NCBI GenBank assembly: GCA_934591705.1
Contig: CAKTPM010000005.1
Coordinates: 972 to 64,971, forward strand
Length of the DNA: 64,000 nucleotides
From: an uncultured Oscillospiraceae bacterium
GTDB taxonomy: Bacteria; Bacillota; Clostridia; Oscillospirales; Oscillospiraceae
Direction: 5' to 3'
Part shown: one piece after another, positions 55,017-63,792 of the stretch
Layout of the letters: each line of letters opens with the position of its first letter
How positions within the stretch are numbered: the stretch's first letter is position 1
Notes under the pieces: generated by a model
What the model saw: the letters and a program-made list of their open reading frames with translations, nothing else
Databases searched by the model: none
Told to the model about the DNA's origin: nothing
Made by a program: the position numbers and the translations under genes

Positions 55017-55889
55017 ATGGAAACTGCAAGATGCAAGGCGTTTTTGGCGGCAGCGGAGCTGGGGAGCTTTTCCCGGGCCGCGGAAAAGCTCAGCTACACC
55101 GCCTCCGGCGTCAACCAGCTCATCACGGCCATGGAGAATGACTTCGGCTTCCCACTGCTCAAGCGCTCCAACAAGGGCGTTTCCCTCACATCGGAGGGGG
55201 AGACCATGCTGCCGCTGGTGCGCGCCCTGGTACACCAGGAGAGAAAGCTCTATGAGCAGGCGGCGGAGATCAGCGGCCTTGCCATCGGCCAGATCAACAT
55301 CGCCTCCTACTCCTCCATCTCCACCCACTGGCTTCCTCCCGTCATCGCGGAATTCAAGAAAAAATATCCCGACATCCACATTGCCCTTATGGAGGGCGTG
55401 CGCCAGGAGGTACTGGGCTGGGTGGCGGAGGGCCACGCAGACATCGGCTTTTTAAGCGGCGGCGACGATATCGACTATGACTGGATCCCCCTGGCGGAGG
55501 ATGAGATGGTGGCGGTGCTGCCGCCGCTGCATCCCCTGTCCGGCGCGGCGGCCTATCCCCTCTCCCACTGCTGTGAGGAGCGCTTCATCATGCCCGCCAT
55601 GGGCAAGGACGAGGATGTGCTGGCCCTTTTCCGAAAATACGGCATTCGTCCCAACATCGTCTACTCCACCAACGAGAGCTTCTCCGCCTGGAAGATGGTG
55701 GAAAACGGCCTGGGCATCAGCATCACCAACCGGCTGATCATGCAGGATTGGCACTGCAATGTGGTGACCCTGCCGGTGGAGCCGGCGGAGAGCATCACCC
55801 TGGGGATGATCCTCCCCTCCCTGCACCACGCCTCCCCCGCCGTAAAGCGCTTTGTGAAGCTGGCGGAGACACGGCTGAAGAAGATATAG
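55017..55889 (+). CDS. LysR-family transcriptional regulator.
   Basis: N-terminal HTH (FLAAAELGSFSRAAEKLSYTASGVNQLITAME) and LysR substrate-binding domain. Confidence 0.85.
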   Translation: METARCKAFLAAAELGSFSRAAEKLSYTASGVNQLITAMENDFGFPLLKRSNKGVSLTSEGETMLPLVRALVHQERKLYEQAAEISGLAIGQINIASYSSISTHWLPPVIAEFKKKYPDIHIALMEGVRQEVLGWVAEGHADIGFLSGGDDIDYDWIPLAEDEMVAVLPPLHPLSGAAAYPLSHCCEERFIMPAMGKDEDVLALFRKYGIRPNIVYSTNESFSAWKMVENGLGISITNRLIMQDWHCNVVTLPVEPAESITLGMILPSLHHASPAVKRFVKLAETRLKKI

Positions 55890-55898
55890 GTGTAAAGC

Positions 55899-55930
55899 AC
55901 ATTTCCTATACAGCGCGGGTCAGCCCGCGC
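55899..55930. terminator. Hairpin TACAGCGCGGGtcaGCCCGCGCTGTA shared by the convergent LysR and Na/Pi genes. The loop contains the minus-strand gene's stop codon.
   Basis: 11-bp perfect stem. TTTCTG follows on the + strand. Confidence 0.5.
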
Positions 55931-57665
55931 TGTATTTCTGTCTGAAGGCGGCGTAGGCCTGGCGGTAACCCTCACTGCTGCCCCGCAGAGCCCGCTGATT
56001 TTCGTGGATGTTTATGTTGTGCTCCGCCGTGTCCAGCACGCAGCCGGAGATGTTGGAGCAGTGGTCGGCTACCCGCTCCAGATCCGTGAGCAGATCCGAC
56101 CACACGAACCCCGCGGCGGCGGAGCACTCGCCCCGCTGCAGGCGCAGGATGTGGCGGGTGCGCAGGGTCTCCTTCAAATCGTCGATGACCTGCTCCAGGG
56201 GCTCCGTCTGCCGGGCGGCGGCGGTATCCTTCTGGGAAAAAGCCAGGTAGGACAGGGTCAGAATCTCCTCCACCGCGGCCCGGAGCTTCCGGTACTCCGC
56301 CTCCGCCGGAGCGGAGAAGCGCAGCTCCTTATCCCGCAGCTCCTCCGCCGACTCCAAAATGTTCACGGCGTGGTCGGCAATGCGCTCATAGTCGCCGATG
56401 AGCTTCATATACTCCGTGGCCCGGGCACTCTCGTCCTCCCCCAGCTGGCAGCCGGTGAGCTTCACCAGGTAGCTGCCCAGGGCGTCCTCCAGGCGGTCGG
56501 TCTCGCCCTCCGCCCGGCGGATATCCTCGGCGGCGGCGCTGTCATAGGAAAGCACGCAGGCCATGCTGCGGCGCAGCGCCTCCACGGCGCACCGGGCCAT
56601 GCCCTCCAGCACCCGGCGGCACTGCTCCAGCGCCAGGGCGGGGCTGCTGAGGAGGCGCTCATCCAGCTCCTCGGTCTTTTCGGGCTGCTTGCTGTCAGGG
56701 ATTAGGCGGCAGACCATTTTCTCCAGCAGGCCGCTCATGGGCAGCATCAGGGCCGTGCAGAGGATATTGAACACCGAGTGGAACACCGCGATGCCCATGT
56801 AGTCGGCACTCTGGGTCAAAAGCACCGGGGCGAAAAGCGCCCGTATCAGGCAGAATACCGCCAGCCACACCGAAGCGCCGATGACATTGAAGCTCAGGTG
56901 CACCAAGGCCGCCCGGCGGGCGTTTTTACTGGTGCCCACGGAGGATAAAAGAGCCGTGACGCAGGTGCCGATGTTCTGCCCCATGATGATGGGCACCGCT
57001 GCGCCGTAGGTAACGGCACCGGTGGAGGCCAGCGCCTGCAGGATGCCCACAGAGGCGGAGCTGGACTGGATCACCGCCGTCAGCAGGGCGCCGGCCAAAA
57101 GGCCCAGGATGGGGTTGGAGAAGACCAGGAAAAGCTCCCGGAAGCCCGGCACATCCTGAAGCCCCGACACCGCCGCGGTCATGGTCTCCATGCCCGTCAT
57201 CAGCGTGGCAAAGCCCAGCAGGATCATGCCGCTGTCCTTTTTCTTGCTGCTTTTCCCTGCCATGTAGAGGGCAATGCCCGCCAGAGCCAGAACAGGCGTA
57301 AAGGAGGAGGGCTTGAGGAGGTTCATAAAGAAGTTGTCCCCGTCGATGCCCGCCATACTCAGAAGCCAGGCGGTGACGGTGGTGCCGATATTGGCGCCCA
57401 TGATGACATGGATGGACTGCCGCAGGGTCATGAGGCCGGAGTTCACGAAGCCCACCACCATCACCGTGGTGGCGGAGGAGCTCTGGATCACGGCCGTGAC
57501 CCCCAGGCCCGTCAGAAGTCCCGCAAGCTTATTGGTGGTCACCCGGCTCAGGAGCACCTTCAGCCCGCTGCCGGCCCGGCGCTCCAGGGCCTGACCCATC
57601 AGGGTCATGCCGAAGAGGAAAATGCACAGTCCGCCGATCATGTGTAAAAAATCAAATACGCTCAT
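55920..57665 (-). CDS. Na+/phosphate cotransporter family protein with a C-terminal PhoU-like domain.
   Basis: 581 aa. Duplicated Na/Pi-cotransporter TM repeats (IQSSSATTVMVVGFVNSG / IQSSSASVGILQALASTG) and PhoU-like helical repeats. Confidence 0.85.
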   Translation of the reverse strand: MSVFDFLHMIGGLCIFLFGMTLMGQALERRAGSGLKVLLSRVTTNKLAGLLTGLGVTAVIQSSSATTVMVVGFVNSGLMTLRQSIHVIMGANIGTTVTAWLLSMAGIDGDNFFMNLLKPSSFTPVLALAGIALYMAGKSSKKKDSGMILLGFATLMTGMETMTAAVSGLQDVPGFRELFLVFSNPILGLLAGALLTAVIQSSSASVGILQALASTGAVTYGAAVPIIMGQNIGTCVTALLSSVGTSKNARRAALVHLSFNVIGASVWLAVFCLIRALFAPVLLTQSADYMGIAVFHSVFNILCTALMLPMSGLLEKMVCRLIPDSKQPEKTEELDERLLSSPALALEQCRRVLEGMARCAVEALRRSMACVLSYDSAAAEDIRRAEGETDRLEDALGSYLVKLTGCQLGEDESARATEYMKLIGDYERIADHAVNILESAEELRDKELRFSAPAEAEYRKLRAAVEEILTLSYLAFSQKDTAAARQTEPLEQVIDDLKETLRTRHILRLQRGECSAAAGFVWSDLLTDLERVADHCSNISGCVLDTAEHNINIHENQRALRGSSEGYRQAYAAFRQKYSAG

Positions 57666-57719
57666 AGCTCTCTCCCGTTTTTCTCTCAGATTACACTCCC
57701 AGCGTACCGTTTTAATATC

Positions 57720-57750
57720 AAATGCGCCATCCTTACTTTGTAAAATCTAT
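57720..57750 (-). promoter_or_regulatory. Pho-box-like direct repeats TTTTACA-N4-TTTTACA upstream of the Na/Pi cotransporter gene.
   Basis: Minus strand GATTTTACATAGATTTTACAAAG. 11-bp periodicity as for PhoP boxes (TTHACA with N5 spacing). The same motif pair recurs at 59877-59903 upstream of the response regulator. Confidence 0.4.
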
Positions 57751-57758
57751 GTAAAATC

Positions 57759-57790
57759 GAAAAAGCGGGAGCCGCGCTCCCGCTTTTCTC
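57759..57790 (-). terminator. Intrinsic terminator GCGGGAGCgcgGCTCCCGC plus U-run after the histidine kinase gene.
   Basis: Seen on the minus strand immediately downstream of the 57801 stop. Confidence 0.65.
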
Positions 57791-57800
57791 TATTGCTTTT

Positions 57801-59144
57801 TTATCGGTTGGGCAGCGTCACGGTGAATACCGTGCCCTCCCCCACCCGGCTTTCCAGCTCGATTTTTCCCCGGTGGATCATCACGGCATGCTTGACGATG
57901 GAGAGCCCCAGGCCCGTGCCGCCCACCTCCTTGCTGCGGCTCTTATCCACCCGATAGAACCGCTCGAAGATGCGCTCTCTGTCCTCCTGGGGGATGCCGA
58001 TGCCGGTGTCCCGGACCCGCAGCACTGTGCTCTCCGGCCCGGGCTGCACGCTCAGATCCACCCGTCCCCCTACCCGGTTATACTTGATGGCATTGTCACA
58101 CAGGTCGTAGATGATGCTGTAGAGCATCTGGGGGATGCCCCGTATCGGCGCCGCCGTGCCCTGGAGGGTCAGCTTCACCTGCCGGTCCGCCGCCGCCGGC
58201 TCCAAGCTGTCCACGGCGTTTTGGGCGATGCGGTAGAGGTCACAGTCCTCCCGGGGCACATCCGCCGCACCGCCGTCGAGCTTCGTAAGGTCGATGATGT
58301 CCCCCACCAGCTGGGTCATGCGCTGGGCCTCCCGGCGGATCTTCCCGGCAAAGGGGCGCACATCCTGGGGCTCCACCATGCCGGTCTCCAGGAGCTCAGC
58401 ATAGCCGGAGATGGCGTGGAGAGGCGTTTTCAGCTCATGGGAGGCGTTGGCGGTGAACTCCTGCCGGATGCGGGAGGTCTCCTCGAGCTTAACCCGATCT
58501 CGGCGCAGCTCCACCTGCTGGGCGGCCATGCGCCGCAGAAGGGGCTCCACCTCCGCCAGCTCCTCCTTGTCCATATACGCCTCGGGCCGCTCGGGGTCGA
58601 TGGCGTTGATAGGGGCCACGATATGCTTGGAGAGCCGCGCAGCCAAAAAGAAGGAGACGCCCAGGGCCACGAAGATCACGATGGCGATGGGCTGGGCAAA
58701 GCCCAGGAGGAGCGTCCAGAGGGTGATCTGGGCCCCGGAGAGGCGCACCACCGTGCCGTCCGGCAGCCGCTGGGCGGCATAGTAGAGCTTTTCCGCCAGG
58801 GTGGCGGAGAAGCGGCTGGATTCGCCGAAGCCGCTCTCCAGGGCCTCTTGGACCTCCTGACGCTCCAGGTGGTTCTCCATGGCGGCGGAGTCCGCCTGGG
58901 TGTCATAGAGCACCCGGCCGTCGGCGGCGATCCAGGTGATGCGGTAGCGGCCGATGTCCAGGTTCCGGAGGTAGGAAAGTCCCCCCTGCTCCACGCCCCG
59001 GGCCGCCATGTGAGTCTCCACCCGCAGCTGCTGGGTCTGCACGCCGGAAAAATAGCGGTAGCTGACCCCCATGATGAAAAGGAGCGAGGCGAAAAGCACT
59101 GTCAGCGCCACCAGCCAAATGGAATGAAATATCTTTTTGCTCAT
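57801..59144 (-). CDS. Sensor histidine kinase, PhoR-like.
   Basis: Two TM segments. H-box NASHELKTPLHAISGY. N/G1/G2 boxes (DNAIKYN, DTGIGIP, GGTGLGLSIV). Confidence 0.85.
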   Translation of the reverse strand: MSKKIFHSIWLVALTVLFASLLFIMGVSYRYFSGVQTQQLRVETHMAARGVEQGGLSYLRNLDIGRYRITWIAADGRVLYDTQADSAAMENHLERQEVQEALESGFGESSRFSATLAEKLYYAAQRLPDGTVVRLSGAQITLWTLLLGFAQPIAIVIFVALGVSFFLAARLSKHIVAPINAIDPERPEAYMDKEELAEVEPLLRRMAAQQVELRRDRVKLEETSRIRQEFTANASHELKTPLHAISGYAELLETGMVEPQDVRPFAGKIRREAQRMTQLVGDIIDLTKLDGGAADVPREDCDLYRIAQNAVDSLEPAAADRQVKLTLQGTAAPIRGIPQMLYSIIYDLCDNAIKYNRVGGRVDLSVQPGPESTVLRVRDTGIGIPQEDRERIFERFYRVDKSRSKEVGGTGLGLSIVKHAVMIHRGKIELESRVGEGTVFTVTLPNR

Positions 59145-59815
59145 ACCGCCGCCTCCAGCTTATAACCCACGCCCCACACCGTGCGTATCTGCCCGCCGCA
59201 GCGGCCCAGCTTGGTTCGCAGGGTGCCGATGTGCACATCTACCGTGCGGCTCTCGCCGATGAAGTCGGCCCCCCATACGGAGGACAAAAGGGCCTCCCGG
59301 GTAAATACCTGCCCCGGCGAGCGCATCAGCAGGTGCAGCAGATCATATTCCTTCAGCGTAAGGAGCACACTCTGCCCCGCCGCCGTGACCGAGTGGCGGC
59401 CGGGGTCCAGGGTGATATCGCCGCAGTGCAGGGCCACCGGCTCCTCCGCCGGTCTTGCCCGGCGCAGCACCGCCTTGATGCGGGAGACCATCTCCATCAT
59501 GCCGAAGGGCTTGCAAAGATAATCGTCCGCCCCCAGGTCCAGGCCGGAGACCTTGTCGTACTCCGTGCCCTTGGCCGTGGCCATGATGACGGGGATGTCC
59601 CGGGTATCGGCGGCGGCCCGGAGCTTTTGCAGGACGGTGATGCCGTCCTCTCCGGGCAGCATGATGTCCAGCAGGATAAGCTCCGGCTTTTGGGTGTCCA
59701 TGGCCGCCCAAAACGCCCCGCTCTCGGCGAAGCCGCAGGCCGCAAAGCCCGCCATTTTCAATGTATACAGCATCAGCTCCCGGATGCTGCTCTCGTCCTC
59801 TACGCAATAGATCAT
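59141..59815 (-). CDS. OmpR-family response regulator, PhoP-like.
   Basis: Receiver (ELILLDIMLPGEDG) and winged-helix C-terminus (RTVWGVGYKLE). Start MIYCVEDE. Confidence 0.85.
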   Translation of the reverse strand: MIYCVEDESSIRELMLYTLKMAGFAACGFAESGAFWAAMDTQKPELILLDIMLPGEDGITVLQKLRAAADTRDIPVIMATAKGTEYDKVSGLDLGADDYLCKPFGMMEMVSRIKAVLRRARPAEEPVALHCGDITLDPGRHSVTAAGQSVLLTLKEYDLLHLLMRSPGQVFTREALLSSVWGADFIGESRTVDVHIGTLRTKLGRCGGQIRTVWGVGYKLEAAV

Positions 59816-59876
59816 TCGGGCTTTTCCCCCTTTCTTTGGCTCCATTATAAGCCGGATGTGTAAATCTGTACACCCG

Positions 59877-59903
59877 TCTTTTGTAAAATCCGTGTAAAAT
59901 CAC
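59877..59903 (-). promoter_or_regulatory. Pho-box-like direct repeats TTTTACAcggaTTTTACA upstream of a TGTACA-17-TATAAT promoter for the RR-HK operon.
   Basis: Minus strand GATTTTACACGGATTTTACAAAAG. -10 TATAAT about 25 nt downstream. Confidence 0.4.
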
Positions 59904-60171
59904 AGCATGCTCCACCGACGGTGTTTACAAAGCAAAATTTATGTGGGGCGTATCCCCCCACACATCCAGCGATATAAAAGCCCTTCGGCAGCAGTCGGGG
60001 TTTTTCTATGTGAAAGACATGCATAAGTGATCAAAATCAAGATAAGAGAAGTGAAAGGGACACCAGCCGCATTTTGCTTGCGAACCTCTCTATGACCCGC
60101 TTTGTGACTATCTAAGTATTGATAACTCAATACTTAAGTGCTATAATTTTATGTAGAAGGGTGGTGCATTT

Positions 60172-60375
60172 ATGGCGTTTTCTTATAAGCCGCTTTGGAA
60201 ACTCTTAATTGACCGGGATATGACAAAAAAACAGTTGATGCAAGAAACTTGCATTTCAAAATCAACCATGGATAAAATGGCTCAGGGCAAGCATGTTTCC
60301 ATGGATGTTTTAGATCGGATTTGTTCCTGCTTGCATTGTAAAATTGAAAGTGTAATTGAACACTCGGAAGGATAA
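60172..60375 (+). CDS. XRE-family HTH regulator preceding the methyltransferase (possible M-gene controller).
   Basis: 67 aa. HTH KKQLMQETCISKSTMDKMAQGKHVS. Upstream operator: inverted repeat AGTATTGAtaacTCAATACT overlapping a TATAAT. Confidence 0.7.
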   Translation: MAFSYKPLWKLLIDRDMTKKQLMQETCISKSTMDKMAQGKHVSMDVLDRICSCLHCKIESVIEHSEG

Positions 60376-60378
60376 ATA

Positions 60379-61209
60379 ATGGATACAAATATTTTTTTAA
60401 CTAAAAAAAGAATTGACGCGGTTTATTGCGGCGACTGTGTCGATCTTATGAAAGAGATCAAGGATAACAGCATTGATGTTGTTGTTACCTCTCCGCCTTA
60501 CGACGGGCTGAGAATGTATAACGGTTTTGCTTTCGACCTCCACAAAACCGGAGAACAAATCTATCGCGTTCTGAAACCGGGCGGTATTTGTGCTATGGTC
60601 ATTCAGGATCAAACCAAAAATTTCGGGAAATCCCTTACTTCCTTTCGTACCATAATTGATTGGTGTGACAGCTTTGGCTTCAAGCTCTTTGAAAACATAA
60701 TCTATCATAAGAATGGAACAGAGGGAGCTTGGTGGAAATCACGATTCCGCGTGGACCACGAATATATTCCCTTGTTCTTGAAAGGCGATAGGCCAGGGTA
60801 TTTTAATAAAGAACCTCTAAAAATTCCTTCAAAGCATGGCGGAAAAACAATGCGCGGAAGCGGAAACCGAAAGACGAACGGTCAAACCGGTGAAACGGTT
60901 CGCCGGGAAATCAATGCGATGAAATGCAGAGGAACGGTCTGGGATTATATGATGGCGGGAGATAAAAACCCTTTGAAGCGTAAACATCCGGCCGTTTTCC
61001 CAGATCAAATACCTGCGGATGTAATAACCTGCTTCTGCCCGGAGGATGGTATTGTTCTTGATCCATTTATGGGCTGTGGCTCAACGGCGGTTTCTGCCGT
61101 GAAGCTCGGGCGTCATTTTATTGGCTTTGACATTTCTCAGGAATATGTAGATTTGGCATATGAACGGTTGGCTGTTGACGCCGAATTTCAACAATTATCG
61201 CTTCTATAA
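60379..61209 (+). CDS. Beta-class N4-cytosine/N6-adenine DNA methyltransferase (type II R-M modification subunit).
   Basis: SPPY catalytic motif near the N-terminus (VVTSPPYDG). AdoMet motif near the C-terminus (LDPFMGCGSTAVSA). This is the N6_N4_Mtase arrangement. Confidence 0.85.
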   Translation: MDTNIFLTKKRIDAVYCGDCVDLMKEIKDNSIDVVVTSPPYDGLRMYNGFAFDLHKTGEQIYRVLKPGGICAMVIQDQTKNFGKSLTSFRTIIDWCDSFGFKLFENIIYHKNGTEGAWWKSRFRVDHEYIPLFLKGDRPGYFNKEPLKIPSKHGGKTMRGSGNRKTNGQTGETVRREINAMKCRGTVWDYMMAGDKNPLKRKHPAVFPDQIPADVITCFCPEDGIVLDPFMGCGSTAVSAVKLGRHFIGFDISQEYVDLAYERLAVDAEFQQLSLL

Positions 61210-61256
61210 GGAAAACGCGGCGGCTATGAGATCGTCATAGCCGCCGCGTTCGCGTT

Positions 61257-62321
61257 TTATCTTCTAAAATAGCCCTCTGTATCTCTGGTATACTCTATCG
61301 TGGTGCCTGCTGTAATTGCCATAGAAAAGCAATTGCTTTCAACCATGGCTTTGTAATTGTCCTGATTAAGCCGGGGCGTGGCGTCACCGCCTGAAGAGCT
61401 CATGCTCTCCTTTTTGAACTTATATAAGCTCATATTAGAAAAGCCCCATTTTTCAGAGCATGCATGCCACCCCATTAAACTGGCCATCAGCTCAATAAAT
61501 CCAAGTATTCTTGACTTTTCTTGCTCTAATATGTCGTATGTGCCGCGGGTGTTTGCTACAATGTTCGTGGGTGTTCCGTCAGACAGAGAAAGGATCATGT
61601 GGTGACCGGACCGGGATCTTTTTTTCTCCACAATACGCTGTTCATTGAAATCGTAATAACAGGTTGCGTTAAACCGATCTCTCTCCTTGAAAAACTCATT
61701 CATCTGCTCCATTACCGATGAAAAAGGAATCTCTTTGTAAAACACATTGAAGAGCAATGACGCAGGATCGCTTGCTTTTAGCCACCGAAACCACTCAAGA
61801 CAGTTTTCAGGATAACCAAACAAGTTATTGCATACGCCGTCACTAAACAAGAGCGGCACTACTGCTTCAGGAGAAATTTCAATTTCTTTTACCGTTTCTA
61901 AAAGAGACAGCAAAAAATGAATTGTTGCAAATGGATACTTTTGCCGGAAGTTGTGCTTGCAGTCGAGATCTCTCAAGTTATTCAGTTGAATACAATTATC
62001 ATAATGGTACCAATTAGCCGGCTTTTTATCCCTGTTAAAGCACACCATATGATGACCGACACTTTTGATATCCTGACAAAAAATATCAAGATCCACAAAA
62101 GTACAATCAGCTGGATCTACTCCCTTTTCACACAGCATGACTTTGCAATCGTAGTATCCAACAACTTTCGCATTGAAATAATTCATCAGAAGGAGCGAAG
62201 ACAAGAACCCGTCGCTATCCGGGCTGATGATCAATTTTTGGTTTTCTTCTTTAATCCAAGGGTATCTTTCCACTATTCGTTCCATAGTTTCGTTTGGCAT
62301 AATCGATCTCCTTTTAGACAA
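61257..62321 (-). CDS. Putative type II restriction endonuclease. No recognisable family; assigned by context.
   Basis: 354-aa low-GC ORF convergent with the MTase. Its ATG immediately follows an XRE controller-like gene (62322..62552), the classic C-R arrangement. Confidence 0.45.
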   Translation of the reverse strand: MSKRRSIMPNETMERIVERYPWIKEENQKLIISPDSDGFLSSLLLMNYFNAKVVGYYDCKVMLCEKGVDPADCTFVDLDIFCQDIKSVGHHMVCFNRDKKPANWYHYDNCIQLNNLRDLDCKHNFRQKYPFATIHFLLSLLETVKEIEISPEAVVPLLFSDGVCNNLFGYPENCLEWFRWLKASDPASLLFNVFYKEIPFSSVMEQMNEFFKERDRFNATCYYDFNEQRIVEKKRSRSGHHMILSLSDGTPTNIVANTRGTYDILEQEKSRILGFIELMASLMGWHACSEKWGFSNMSLYKFKKESMSSSGGDATPRLNQDNYKAMVESNCFSMAITAGTTIEYTRDTEGYFRR

Positions 62322-62552
62322 TTATAATCCTTCAAACAATTCACTAAGTGTGACACCCAGCCCGTCGGCAATTTTCTTGATATTGCAAACGGCGATGTTT
62401 CGCCGCCCTGCTTCGACAGAAGCAAAATATGTCCTGTCCATCTCAATTTTCAGAGCAAACTTTTCTTGGCTAAGCCCTGTCTTTTGACGAAGCTCTCTGA
62501 TTCGATTTCCCAAATCCTTTGTGATCATTTTCTTATACCTCACTATTACCAC
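62322..62552 (-). CDS. XRE-family HTH protein; candidate C (controller) protein of the R-M system.
   Basis: 76 aa. HTH LGNRIRELRQKTGLSQEKFALKIEMDRTYFASVEAG. Upstream direct repeats TTATAAACCGT x2. Confidence 0.65.
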   Translation of the reverse strand: MVIVRYKKMITKDLGNRIRELRQKTGLSQEKFALKIEMDRTYFASVEAGRRNIAVCNIKKIADGLGVTLSELFEGL

Positions 62553-62844
62553 ACTGTCACATCTACTATTGATATAGAAGCATACGGTTTATAAAGCAAC
62601 GGTTTATAAGTAACATCTTCGAATTTCTTACTTCTATGCAGTTCAAATCCTCTCTTCCTGACACTTTCTGCTTTTCTTTGCTGCGAAAAGAAAAGTTGAA
62701 AGCGCACCGCTTTTTTGTTTCCCAAAAAACTGTAAAAAAAACTGTAAATTTTGCAAAAAAATATGCCGCAGCAGTGTCAAAATAAGAACGGGGATAAAAT
62801 ATATGATACGCCCCCCAAAGCCCGCAAACCCGCAGGAATACAAG

Positions 62845-62878
62845 AAAAAGCCCTCCGGCTGTTGCCGAAGGGCTTTTC
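62845..62878 (-). terminator. Hairpin AGCCCTTCGGCaacaGCCGGAGGGCT plus U-run after tRNA-Gln.
   Basis: Seen on the minus strand directly 3' of the tRNA. One G:A mismatch in the stem. Confidence 0.55.
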
Positions 62879-62880
62879 TA

Positions 62881-62954
62881 TGGCAGCGGGAGAAGGATTC
62901 GAACCCTCACATACGGAGTCAGAGTCCGCTGTGCTACCTTTACACAATCCCGCT
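62881..62954 (-). tRNA. tRNA-Gln (anticodon CUG), CCA encoded.
   Basis: Manual fold of the minus-strand sequence AGCGGGATTGTGTAAAGGTAGCACAGCGGACTCTGACTCCGTATGTGAGGGTTCGAATCCTTCTCCCGCTGCCA. 7-bp acceptor stem. Anticodon stem GCGGA/TCCGT with loop CT-CTG-AC. T-arm GAGGG-TTCGAAT-CCTTC. Promoter GTTGACA-17-TATAAT about 25 nt upstream. Confidence 0.7.
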
Positions 62955-63066
62955 GTGTTCCTGACGAACAAAAACTATTATACACATCTCGGTGACTTTG
63001 TCAACAGTTTTCTCGCCAGGAAGCGCAATTATTTTTCCCGCAGAGGTTTACCCGCCGGGGCGGCGC

Positions 63067-63618
63067 TTACTTCTGCAGATCCTCGCCCCGCAGGTACTTG
63101 CCCATGGGCTTCCACAGCAGAGCAAAGGCCACCAGGGTGATAGCGATGTTGGGCAGCATGTAAGCCATGTTGTACAGGAAGGAGTACCACCAGGGAGAGT
63201 GCATGGTCATACCGAAGAACTCATCGGGCATATAGGCAGCCCAGATCGTAGCGCCCACGAGATAGTGCACCAGGAAGCGGGCAAAGCCGGCGATGAGGGT
63301 GCCGGTGAAGATACCGTTCTTCTTGCCGCGGACCAAGCCGGCGAAGCCCAGCACGGTAAAGGCCACCAGGTAGTCGCCCAGGATGGACTGCCAGCCGATG
63401 GCAAAGCCGCCGTCAAAGGTGAACTGCAGAACGCCGTACACAAAGCCGGCCAGCAGGCCGGAGCCCAGGCCCCAGCGCACGGCAAAGAGCACCAGGGGGA
63501 TCATGGACAGCACCACGCTGCCGCCCCAGGGCATCTCCCAGATCTTGATATAGCTCAAAACCTGGGCAATGGCCACCATGATGGCGCCCTCCACCAGTGC
63601 ACGCAATTTCTTGTTCAT
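63067..63618 (-). CDS. thiT: ECF-transporter S component for thiamine (ThiT).
   Basis: Start MNKKLRALVEGAIMVAIAQVLSYIKIWEMPWGGSV. Six TM segments. RBS GGAGG. TPP riboswitch immediately upstream. Confidence 0.8.
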   Translation of the reverse strand: MNKKLRALVEGAIMVAIAQVLSYIKIWEMPWGGSVVLSMIPLVLFAVRWGLGSGLLAGFVYGVLQFTFDGGFAIGWQSILGDYLVAFTVLGFAGLVRGKKNGIFTGTLIAGFARFLVHYLVGATIWAAYMPDEFFGMTMHSPWWYSFLYNMAYMLPNIAITLVAFALLWKPMGKYLRGEDLQK

Positions 63619-63639
63619 AATGAAATACCTCCAAATAAA

Positions 63640-63792
63640 AAATCCCCGCATGGCGAGCCACGCAGGCGTCGCAATGCGGAAACAAAAGCTGTATGATCGC
63701 ATTCCTACGCCGGCATTACCCGGATCAGGTGTGAGGGACACAAGCGGCCATTCGCTTGATCTCAGCCGGTATGCACCAGCGCCCCTTGGGTT
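63640..63792 (-). ncRNA. TPP (THI-box) riboswitch with terminator expression platform.
   Basis: Minus strand: GGGGCGC..CGGCUGAGA...CCCUCACACCUGAUCCGGGUAAUGCCGGCGUAGGAAUGCG matches the THI-box (CUGAGA ... ACCUGAUCNGGNUAAUACCNGCGNAGGGA). Terminator CCGCAT..ATGCGGGGATTTTTT at about 63640-63680, then RBS and thiT ATG. Confidence 0.75.

Larger units (their letters stand above)
59990..62860. mobile_element. Low-GC (about 35-40%) restriction-modification genomic islet inserted next to tRNA-Gln. No integrase present.
   Basis: Sharp compositional drop relative to the ~60-65% GC flanks. Contains an MTase, a putative REase and two XRE HTH regulators. Confidence 0.5.

Noticed and set aside
59941-59966. 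Inverted repeat TGTGGGG-cgtat-CCCCCCACA at the left edge of the low-GC island
   Set aside because: No U-run and no adjacent gene end; position not informative. Could be incidental.
62638-62665. GTTCAAATCC...CTGACA stretch resembling a tRNA T-loop/3' end (possible att remnant)
   Set aside because: The flanking bases cannot form a T-stem or acceptor stem. No matching repeat of the tRNA-Gln 3' end was found at the other island border.
62730-62760. Direct repeat AAAAAACTGTAAA x2, considered as a CRISPR or iteron
   Set aside because: Only two short A-rich copies with no spacer structure, in AT-rich island DNA. No CRISPR array anywhere in the window.
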